Assembly: GCA_031396165.1 (NCBI GenBank)
Contig: JANNKF010000400.1
Span: 1-48,207, forward strand
Direction of reading: 5' to 3'
Length of the DNA stretch: 48,207 nucleotides
Source: Bacteroidales bacterium
Lineage (GTDB): Bacteria > Bacteroidota > Bacteroidia > Bacteroidales > VadinHA17
Under the pieces are notes generated by a model that ran no database searches, was not told the origin of the DNA, and saw nothing but the letters and a program-made list of their open reading frames with translations. Positions 19,002 through 26,138 of this stretch are shown here, piece after piece. Both the position numbers and the translations under genes were made by a program. The first letter of the stretch is position 1. The number at the start of each line of letters is the position of its first letter.

Positions 19002-19766
19002 TTATCGTACATTCTTCATATTCTGTTGCGAAAAAAATGTCTCCTGTATTGGAATATTGAATTTTATCTCCTTAATCACAATAACTGTTTTATTTCCGGG
19101 TTCATCGGCAGGAACCAGTTCAATCTTTGTCTGGATTACCCTGCCATCCATTGTTTTGATTTCGCTGCCTGTTTCGGTTCTTACGAGCACATCTTCTTCA
19201 TCAAACAGTTCGGCTTTCATTACAAGAAATTCTTTTTTATCGACCCACCTGATCTGATGCCCCCAGATAACTGCGGCATCGTCTTTTGCGACCATTTTTA
19301 TCCGGTAACAGTCTCTCCCTCCGATGTTCTCATCTCCGGTAATCTCATGAGTATAATCAGTTACTACTGAGGATTCCTTTAGGATATCATCATTGGTATA
19401 GTCTGATCCCATCCAGCCCTGCGACATCATCGATGGTGGCAGCTTTATAAGACGGCTGATCGACGGATTCCAGCTCCACATTTCGGAACCCCGTTTCAAA
19501 AAAGTCTGTCCAACGTCCTTTGCCGGAGCCGTTATCAGAGTAAGTGCATATTCTTTTTCAAGTGTCCAGTTTTTGAATTCGATTGTTCTCTGCCACGTTG
19601 GCCGGATAATCGTCATCGACATCACCATCAGGGAGGATTTCTCACCATTGAATTTCTCATCGGCCTTCCTGATTATATCGGTTGCAGTCATATTCTGTGC
19701 GGCAAGGTTGAAAACGTTAATACCTGTAAGCAATAGCAGCAGACTAATGTACAAAATTCTTTTCAT
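19002..19766 (-). CDS. LolA-like outer-membrane lipoprotein-sorting protein family
   Basis: Signal peptide, ~250 aa, the pattern ...FLKRGSEMWSWNPSISRLIKLPPSMMSQGWMGSDYTNDD, and a position upstream of the FtsX permeases. Confidence 0.7.
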   Translation of the reverse strand: MKRILYISLLLLLTGINVFNLAAQNMTATDIIRKADEKFNGEKSSLMVMSMTIIRPTWQRTIEFKNWTLEKEYALTLITAPAKDVGQTFLKRGSEMWSWNPSISRLIKLPPSMMSQGWMGSDYTNDDILKESSVVTDYTHEITGDENIGGRDCYRIKMVAKDDAAVIWGHQIRWVDKKEFLVMKAELFDEEDVLVRTETGSEIKTMDGRVIQTKIELVPADEPGNKTVIVIKEIKFNIPIQETFFSQQNMKNVR

Positions 19767-19917
19767 GACATTTGATATTAAATGTTTTGTTAAAAATATT
19801 CATTATTTCATGATTCTGAAGCCGATTAATCCAAAAAACAAATATTTGAAAGGTCGCGTTCTATTGTTTTAGAAAGATTTTCTATCTTTAACAGGTTGTA
19901 CCAAATACATTTTTACA

Positions 19918-21333
19918 ATGGCAAGTCTCAAGCTTTTACTGGGAATGATCCCGTCAACTTCCAAAATTGAGCAGGCTGAAAAGGCTTTGATTTCAGAACT
20001 TGAGAAATTAAACACCTTTAGAAACTCTGACCAGCTGGCAAAGTTTTATGAACTCGACAAACTGGTTACATCCTCTGATTTTGTTCAGAAAAAGAAAGAG
20101 ATAGAGTCGCTGCAATTTAAAAATTCTGAAGAAAATTCAAAAGAAAAAGAGTTTCTTTCACTACAAAAAGCCAAAGATATTGTCCTCTATTTCAGAACAG
20201 TTGCCGGTTCGAATCTAAAGAAATTCAATGAGTTGGACGGCTCTGAAAAGATAAAAAGTTATGAATCGCTCCAAAAACTGGTTAAGTCTATAGAATTCAA
20301 GGGGAAAATGAAATCCAAAGAATTTAAAGAGTCTGATGATAATAAAAAACTTCAGGAATATAAGCGCCTCAAAGGCAGTTCCGAGATAAAGGATTATTAC
20401 AGATTCAAATCTTCAAAAGAGTATGCCAACTTTCTGAATACAGATGGATCAACACGTCTTTCCAGATACAATGAACTGAAAGTATATGTAGCCACACCGG
20501 AGTTCAAAAAACAGAAAGAGTATCTGCTCGATAAAAAGAGGTTTGAAAAAACTGATATGTTCAAAGAGTTTCATGAGCATTATAACCTGGAGAAAAACGA
20601 AGATATTATCTGGTACTTCAAGGTTAAGGATTCGAATAAATTCGACATTCTTAAGCACAGGGAGCTTACTTTCAGCGATGAATTTGAAGGAGATAGGCTC
20701 GACACTAAAAAATGGCTTACAAACTATTACTGGGGAGCAAAGCTTTTAAAAGACAGATATTCTGTCGAATCTGATCTTCAGGCTTATACGGAAAAAGAAA
20801 ACTTTGAACTCAGGAACAGCATCCTCAAAATAAATACAAAACCTCAGAGGGTAACCGGCAAAGTGTGGTCAGTAAGCAAAGGTTTTTCAACAAAAGAGTT
20901 CAGCTATACCTCCGGACTTATAAACACTGGCGAGAGCTTCAGACAGAAGTTCGGCACTTTTACTGCTAAAGTCAAACTTGGAGATCCGAATGCAAAGAAC
21001 GCATACTGGATGCTTGCCGATAAAATCACGCCTCATCTTGACGTTTGCCGTACTTCAAAAGGCAAAGTATGGTTCGACTATTTCTCTTCAAAAGGGAATA
21101 ATGTGAAAACATCACTCGGATCACGTTATGCAAATGATTTCTTCATCTATACACTTGAATGGACTTCCGACAGGCTCGTCTGGAAAATAAATGACACAGA
21201 GGTTTTCACTCAGACTTCTGATATTCCACAACACCCAATGTATGTCCTCTTCGCCGGAGGTACAGACAAACCGTTAAACGGAATGACAACCATGGAAATT
21301 GACTGGGTGAGGGTATACCAACCAAAGAAATAG
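19918..21333 (+). CDS. GH16-fold (concanavalin-like jelly roll) domain protein with N-terminal repeat region; catalytic glutamates absent
   Basis: The C-terminal 230 aa align by eye to GH16 (FGTFTAKVKL, AYWML, FFIYTLEWTSDRLVWKIND, MEIDWVRVYQ). The ExDxxE site reads HLDVCR. No signal peptide. Confidence 0.7.
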   Translation: MASLKLLLGMIPSTSKIEQAEKALISELEKLNTFRNSDQLAKFYELDKLVTSSDFVQKKKEIESLQFKNSEENSKEKEFLSLQKAKDIVLYFRTVAGSNLKKFNELDGSEKIKSYESLQKLVKSIEFKGKMKSKEFKESDDNKKLQEYKRLKGSSEIKDYYRFKSSKEYANFLNTDGSTRLSRYNELKVYVATPEFKKQKEYLLDKKRFEKTDMFKEFHEHYNLEKNEDIIWYFKVKDSNKFDILKHRELTFSDEFEGDRLDTKKWLTNYYWGAKLLKDRYSVESDLQAYTEKENFELRNSILKINTKPQRVTGKVWSVSKGFSTKEFSYTSGLINTGESFRQKFGTFTAKVKLGDPNAKNAYWMLADKITPHLDVCRTSKGKVWFDYFSSKGNNVKTSLGSRYANDFFIYTLEWTSDRLVWKINDTEVFTQTSDIPQHPMYVLFAGGTDKPLNGMTTMEIDWVRVYQPKK

Positions 21334-21346
21334 ACTTTTGCGTGAG

Positions 21347-21469
21347 GTGATCCGGTAGAAACACAATGCATTGTGTTTCTACCGGATCACACATATGGTA
21401 ACGACACAACACATTGTGTTGTTACAGGATTACACATATGGGTAGGGACACGACGCATCGTGTCCCTAC
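21347..21469. repeat. Array of three palindromes (44, 28 and 28 nt) of GTAG/GTAA...CTAC/TTAC type
   Basis: Palindromes at 21347-21390, 21398-21425 and 21442-21469, separated by the repeated linker A(T/C... )TCACACATATGG / ATTACACATATGG. Confidence 0.9.
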
Positions 21470-21475
21470 TTTTTT
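21442..21475 (+). terminator. Rho-independent terminator (third palindrome plus T-run)
   Basis: 12-bp perfect stem GTAGGGACACGA/TCGTGTCCCTAC followed by TTTTTT. Confidence 0.75.
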
Positions 21476-21550
21476 GTCGTGTTCCTATGTTTTTTATAAA
21501 ATCCTGTAACTTTTTGTAATTTCGTTCGTCTTTGCACTGGAATTCAGGAT

Positions 21551-22036
21551 ATGACAGTTAAGGAATACAACAGGTCCGTAGAGGAGTATGCCGATCCGGT
21601 TTATCGCTTTATCCGTGGTAATCTCAGGGATGAGGAGAGGGCGAATGATATTGTTCAGGACAGCTTTGAAAAACTCTGGCGACATGTTACAGAGATTGAT
21701 TATCCGGTTGTCAAATCATGGCTGTTCTCTACTGCGTATCATAACATGATTGACATTATCCGGAAAGAAAGAAGGATGACGACCATGGAGCCGGTTCATG
21801 AAATGGAAATGGTTTATGAATCTCATTACAGTGATCTGAATGAAATACTTCATGAAGCACTGGAAAGACTCCCTGAACAACAGAAAACGGCTGTAATGCT
21901 AAGAGACTATGAAGGATACAGTTATAAAGAGATTGGCGATATAACAGGATTGAGTGAGGCGCAGGTAAAGATAAATATCTACCGCGGTCGATTAGCTCTT
22001 AAGAATTATATCGGCAGAATTGAAAGCGTAATTTAA
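21551..22036 (+). CDS. ECF-type RNA polymerase sigma-70 factor
   Basis: 161 aa with region 2 (DIVQDSFEKLW) and a region 4 HTH (YKEIGDITGLSEAQVKINIYRGR). Confidence 0.9.
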   Translation: MTVKEYNRSVEEYADPVYRFIRGNLRDEERANDIVQDSFEKLWRHVTEIDYPVVKSWLFSTAYHNMIDIIRKERRMTTMEPVHEMEMVYESHYSDLNEILHEALERLPEQQKTAVMLRDYEGYSYKEIGDITGLSEAQVKINIYRGRLALKNYIGRIESVI

Positions 22037-22038
22037 TC

Positions 22039-23139
22039 ATGAAAATAGAGAGGTCAAATTATGAAATATGGTTCATCGACTGGCTCGATGGGAATCTTGA
22101 TTCTCATCAGGTTGAGGAGTTGAATCAGTTTCTTGATGAAAACCCCGACCTGAAAGAAGAGTTTAAGGAGCTCTCTCCTGTCATTCCCGGACATTCCGGT
22201 AAATTATTTACAAACAAGGAAGCTCTGAAGAAATCGCCTTCCGACATTTCCGCTTCACAGTTTGAATTTCTTTGTGTGGCATTCCTGGAAAATGATCTTA
22301 CTTCCGGTCAGAAATCTGAACTGGAGGAGATCATTGAACAGGATTCTGAAAAGAAAAAGACTTTTGAATTAATACAGAAAACAAAGCTTTCGCCCAAGGC
22401 TGAAAGCTATGCCAACAAATCGGGTCTCCTTAGAAAAACAGCATTCCGGAAGATCTTTAGATATTCAGTTATTGGACTCAGTGCTGCTGCTTCGGTAACT
22501 CTTATCGTAACAACTTTTCTCAACCCACCGCGTGAGATTCCGCCTCCGTCTGATAAAATTGCGGAAATAAGTGTTGAGGATACACTTATTAATAAACCTA
22601 AAATTGCTGTCATCCATGAGATACTTATTGCAAATATTTCATCTGTTAAATCTCAACAGAAAAAAGAGAGCAAATCAGGGCTGATTAAAAAGGAAATCGT
22701 TACAAACGCAAAACCCGGATTAATTGCGGGCATTCCGAATGATTCACTTATGAAAAATATTAATAATCAGAATATTGCAATAAATAAAATTAAGTTTGAA
22801 TCAACGATAGAAATAAAGGAATCGTTCCCGTCGAATGCGCTTATTGCATCCAATTCCGATTTCAAAATACCCGAAGAGGATGATGGAAGAAGCAATATTG
22901 GCCGCTTCATTTCAAAAACATTCAGGGAGAGAATACTTAAGGAAGAAGCATCGCCTGACTCTCCTCTCAAAGGATATGAGATAGCTGAAGCCGGAGTTAC
23001 AGGTCTCAACAAATTACTTGGATGGGAAATGGCGCTGGAAAAAACCAGTGACGAGAACGGCGAACTCAGTTCGGTCTATTTCAGTTCGAAACTACTTAAG
23101 TTTAATTCCCCGGTTAAAAAAAGTGAACCTCTGCAGTAA
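22039..23139 (+). CDS. Putative anti-sigma factor (single-pass membrane protein)
   Basis: Starts 2 nt after the sigma gene. One central TM helix (IFRYSVIGLSAAASVTLIVTTFL). No zinc-finger motif seen. Confidence 0.5.
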   Translation: MKIERSNYEIWFIDWLDGNLDSHQVEELNQFLDENPDLKEEFKELSPVIPGHSGKLFTNKEALKKSPSDISASQFEFLCVAFLENDLTSGQKSELEEIIEQDSEKKKTFELIQKTKLSPKAESYANKSGLLRKTAFRKIFRYSVIGLSAAASVTLIVTTFLNPPREIPPPSDKIAEISVEDTLINKPKIAVIHEILIANISSVKSQQKKESKSGLIKKEIVTNAKPGLIAGIPNDSLMKNINNQNIAINKIKFESTIEIKESFPSNALIASNSDFKIPEEDDGRSNIGRFISKTFRERILKEEASPDSPLKGYEIAEAGVTGLNKLLGWEMALEKTSDENGELSSVYFSSKLLKFNSPVKKSEPLQ

Positions 23140-23199
23140 CTTTTTTACCACCTTCTCCGTCTCATCTCTGAAAACAGTAACAATTTTAATTTTAAAGTC

Positions 23200-24144
23200 A
23201 TGAAAAAATTTGGAATTTCCATATTGCTCACAGCAATAATAATGCAGGGTTTCAGTCAGAATGTGGCAGCAGAAAACCAGAACGAAAAGAAACAGGCGAG
23301 GAATGCCAGTGATAACGAAAACAAAAGTGTTAATATCGGGAAAAACATGATCAACATTGAAGAGAATGACTCCTCGGTGAGTGTAAGAATCGGGAATAAA
23401 GGTCTCAGGATTCTTGAATCACTCGAAGATCAAAAATTCAGGGTTGAGAAATTCACAGACAATGACTGGAACCGTTATGACGATGAAGAGGATGATAGCA
23501 GAGCCAGAAGACGGAACCGTTTTAAAGGACACTGGGCCGGAGTGGAATTCGGATTTAACAACTACCTTACCTCTGACGGGAGCAATGTGATGCCCGATCA
23601 AATTAATTATATGTCGCTACATTCAAGTAAATCCTCAAACTTCAATATAAACTTCACACAACTAAGTCTTGGAATGACCAGGCGAATCGGATTCGTAACA
23701 GGACTTGGTTTCAACTGGAACAACTACAGGTTCGACGGTAATAATAATATTTTAAAGGGCCCCAACGGTGTCATTGATATTCTTGATCCGGGCGCTGAAC
23801 TAAAAAAGTCAAAGCTTGCAACAATCTACCTTACACTTCCCTTTATGCTTGAACTTCAGATTCCTGTCGACAATAACAGTCTGAATCTAGCAGCCGGACC
23901 AATAGGTGCGGTAAAGATCGGATCGCATACAAAAATGGTATATCAGGACGATCAGAAAGTAAAATCAAATGGTGACTTCAGTCTGAATATGCTCAGATAT
24001 GGTGCAACAGCAAGGGTAGGATATGGGAACTTTCAGCTATACGGCACTTACTATATGACACCAATGTTCAATACCGGTAAAGGTCCGGGCGGCTACGATC
24101 TCTATCCTTTCGAACTCGGAGTAGCATTCACGATTAACGATTAG
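23200..24144 (+). CDS. Outer-membrane beta-barrel protein (PorT/OMP_b-brl-like)
   Basis: Signal peptide MKKFGISILLTAIIMQGFSQ, an acidic/basic linker, then alternating beta-strand pattern. Confidence 0.6.
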   Translation: MKKFGISILLTAIIMQGFSQNVAAENQNEKKQARNASDNENKSVNIGKNMINIEENDSSVSVRIGNKGLRILESLEDQKFRVEKFTDNDWNRYDDEEDDSRARRRNRFKGHWAGVEFGFNNYLTSDGSNVMPDQINYMSLHSSKSSNFNINFTQLSLGMTRRIGFVTGLGFNWNNYRFDGNNNILKGPNGVIDILDPGAELKKSKLATIYLTLPFMLELQIPVDNNSLNLAAGPIGAVKIGSHTKMVYQDDQKVKSNGDFSLNMLRYGATARVGYGNFQLYGTYYMTPMFNTGKGPGGYDLYPFELGVAFTIND

Positions 24145-24149
24145 ATTTC

Positions 24150-24257
24150 GTAGGGACGATTCGCGAATCGTCCTTACAAAAAGTGGTGTTCAGGGACGAT
24201 TCGCGAATTGTCCTTACAATGTGATATGCAGGGACGATTTGCGAATCGTCGCTGCAT
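24150..24257. repeat. Array of three ~28-nt palindromes built on AGGGACGATTCG/CGAATCGTCC
   Basis: Palindromes at 24150-24177, 24190-24217 and 24226-24257. Confidence 0.9.
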
Positions 24258-24266
24258 GTTTTTTTT
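24226..24266 (+). terminator. Rho-independent terminator (third palindrome plus T8)
   Basis: Stem ATGCAGGGACGATT.../...AATCGTCGCTGCAT followed by G and eight T (24259-24266). Confidence 0.75.
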
Positions 24267-24294
24267 GATAGCTGTTTATTACAATGTATATTTG
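24264..24294 (+). promoter_or_regulatory. Bacteroidetes-type promoter: -33 TTTG (24264-24267), 19-nt spacer, -7 TATATTTG (24287-24294)
   Basis: Full match to TTTG-N19-TAnnTTTG, 22 nt upstream of the ThiF-family ATG. Confidence 0.55.
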
Positions 24295-24316
24295 CACCTG
24301 ACAGACAGCAATGTAA

Positions 24317-25096
24317 ATGGCAGAAAACATTCTTACTTCCAGGGAGATCAGGAAATACAGCAAACAGATTATGCTTCCTGAAATTGGTGTAAAGGGTCAG
24401 GAAAAGTTGAAAAACGCTAAAGTACTTGTTATTGGAGCCGGCGGACTCGGTTGTCCGGTTCTTCAGTATCTTACGTCAGCAGGAGTTGGAAAAATTACTA
24501 TTATTGAATTCGACAAGGTAGAAGAAACAAACCTTCAAAGACAGATATTGTATGGATCGGATGATGTGGGGAAGCTTAAATCGATAATCGCAAAAACCCG
24601 TCTTGAACATCTCAATTCACAAGCTGATATAGGAATTATTAATCTTCGACTCGATGCCACCAATTCACTGAACACCGTAAAGAATTTTGATGTGATAGTC
24701 GATGCAACTGATAATATCGAAGCCAGATACGTAATCAACGATTCGTGCGTTATTCTGAACAAACCAATGGTGCATGGCTCGATTTATAAGTATGAAGGGA
24801 TGATCTCCGTCTTCAACTACAAAGGTGGCGCAACTTACAGATGCTTCAATCCTTCCTCTGATAAAAAGGAAATTAAAAACCCTCTTCCTGCCGAGGTGGG
24901 TCTTTTCGGGGTGCTTCCGGGAATTGTAGGGACCTACATGGCCAATGAAGTAATAAAAATAATTACAGAAACAGGTGAAGTACTTAGCAGTAAGATTCTG
25001 CATATTAACATATTCAACAATTCTTCCCGCATAATTTCTGTAATAAATAATCCTGAGAATCATCAAATAAAAGAAATAAATGAAGTCAGATCGTAA
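24317..25096 (+). CDS. HesA/MoeB/ThiF-family adenylyltransferase (E1-like)
   Basis: YSKQIMLPEIGVKGQEKL, a Rossmann VLVIGAGGLGCPVLQYL, and DKVEETNLQRQILY. No CxxC zinc pairs and no rhodanese domain. Confidence 0.85.
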   Translation: MAENILTSREIRKYSKQIMLPEIGVKGQEKLKNAKVLVIGAGGLGCPVLQYLTSAGVGKITIIEFDKVEETNLQRQILYGSDDVGKLKSIIAKTRLEHLNSQADIGIINLRLDATNSLNTVKNFDVIVDATDNIEARYVINDSCVILNKPMVHGSIYKYEGMISVFNYKGGATYRCFNPSSDKKEIKNPLPAEVGLFGVLPGIVGTYMANEVIKIITETGEVLSSKILHINIFNNSSRIISVINNPENHQIKEINEVRS

Positions 25097-25101
25097 TATT
25101 T

Positions 25102-25359
25102 GCAGGGGATCCCTCGCTGCGCTTCGGGATGACAACATGGTATGGTGGGTTAGGGGGAAAAAAGTGGCGATTCGAAAGGTTAATTGACCATTTATCCGGG
25201 ATTTTTTATCGAATCGCCACTTTTTTCCTCTCTGCGACCCCTCAATGCTCTGTCATCCTGAGTCCGCCGGCTGGCGGACGAAGGATCTCCGAGGTTCAGC
25301 AGGAAGTTGTCAAAATACCTGGCGTGCAAAAAATTGAATATAAACTCGGGATGACACAG
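25102..25359. repeat. Composite repeat region (CGGGATGACA x2, inverse TGTCATCCTG, several palindromes)
   Basis: CGGGATGACA at 25125-25134 and 25347-25356, with TGTCATCCTG at 25251-25260. GTCCGCC-GGCT-GGCGGAC lies at 25262-25279 and GGGATCCC at 25106-25113. Confidence 0.75.
25156..25228. repeat. Perfect 20-bp inverted repeat with a 33-nt spacer
   Basis: GGAAAAAAGTGGCGATTCGA (25156-25175) and TCGAATCGCCACTTTTTTCC (25209-25228). Confidence 0.9.
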
Positions 25360-25429
25360 GGGGTTGGTTGTATTTGGAAATCTCCGGATTTCAGCAGGAT
25401 ATTAATTTAAATTAAATTTACCACTTCAT

Positions 25430-26137
25430 ATGAGACTATTACTTATTAGCAACTCCACCAATCCGGGGGAACCATATCTGGATTATCCGAAAAATAATAT
25501 AAAGGCTTTTCTTGGCGATAAGCCTGTAAAGGCTCTCTTCATACCATATGCTGCAGTGACCTTTTCATTTGATACTTATGAAGAAAAAGTCGCAGAACGC
25601 TTCCGCGAAATCGGACATGAAATCATATCGATTCACCGGTTTTCAGACCCTGTGGCAGCAGTAAAAGACGCATCAGTTATAGTCGTTGGAGGCGGTAATA
25701 CCTGGAAACTACTTAAAATGATAAGGGATAATAAACTTATTGATGTTGTCAGGGAAAAAGTAAAATCAGGGACACCTTATATCGGATGGAGTGCCGGATC
25801 AAATATGGCATGTCCTACAATACGTACCACAAATGATATGCCCGTTGTTGAGCCGGATTCATTCTCAGCTTTCAATCTTATACCTTTCCAGATTAACCCT
25901 CACTATCTCGATGCCAATCCGGTAGGCCATGCAGGCGAGACACGGGAACAACGTATTGAGGAGTTCATCGAGGCTAATCCGGGGATCTATGTCGCCGGGT
26001 TACGTGAAGCTTCAATGCTTCTTCTTGAAAATGGAAAGCTTTCACTAAATGGGACCAAGAGGCTCAGGATCTTCAAAAAGGGAACGTCGCCTGTAGAATT
26101 TACAACGAATGATGACCTCTCCTTCCTTCTGATATAA
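25430..26137 (+). CDS. pepE: Dipeptidase E (peptidase S51)
   Basis: MRLLLISNS start, nucleophile context GWSAGSNM, and His context QINPHY. Confidence 0.88.
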   Translation: MRLLLISNSTNPGEPYLDYPKNNIKAFLGDKPVKALFIPYAAVTFSFDTYEEKVAERFREIGHEIISIHRFSDPVAAVKDASVIVVGGGNTWKLLKMIRDNKLIDVVREKVKSGTPYIGWSAGSNMACPTIRTTNDMPVVEPDSFSAFNLIPFQINPHYLDANPVGHAGETREQRIEEFIEANPGIYVAGLREASMLLLENGKLSLNGTKRLRIFKKGTSPVEFTTNDDLSFLLI

Positions 26138-26138
26138 A

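Noticed and set aside
18951-19370. 139-aa and 98-aa plus-strand ORFs
   Set aside because: They start inside the GTCGGAA hairpin element and run antisense to the LolA-like gene. They are shadow ORFs.
21347-24266. The three-unit hairpin arrays (21347-21469 and 24150-24257) as CRISPR arrays
   Set aside because: The units are self-complementary and differ from one another. The linkers are only 7-16 nt and are themselves repeated. There are only three units and no cas genes anywhere in the window.
24665-25138. 157-aa minus-strand ORF
   Set aside because: It is antisense to the well-supported ThiF-family gene and extends into repeat DNA. No motif was recognised.
25129-25410. 93-aa ORF in the thiF-pepE gap
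   Set aside because: Its sequence is a read-through of palindromic and repeat DNA (for example VILSPPAGGRRISE from GTCATCCTGAGTCCGCCGGCTGGCGGACGAAGGATCTC). It has no plausible promoter or start context and no protein-like pattern.
25097-25429. tRNA, tmRNA, RNase P, SRP or 6S RNA in the long gene-free gaps (also 10570-10858, 12864-13168 and 44222-44413)
   Set aside because: I saw no T-arm GGTTCGAATCC-type box, no RNase P GGAAAGTCC box, no SRP GGAAG/AGCAG domain IV pattern and no tmRNA tag or acceptor end. An Infernal scan is still needed to be sure.
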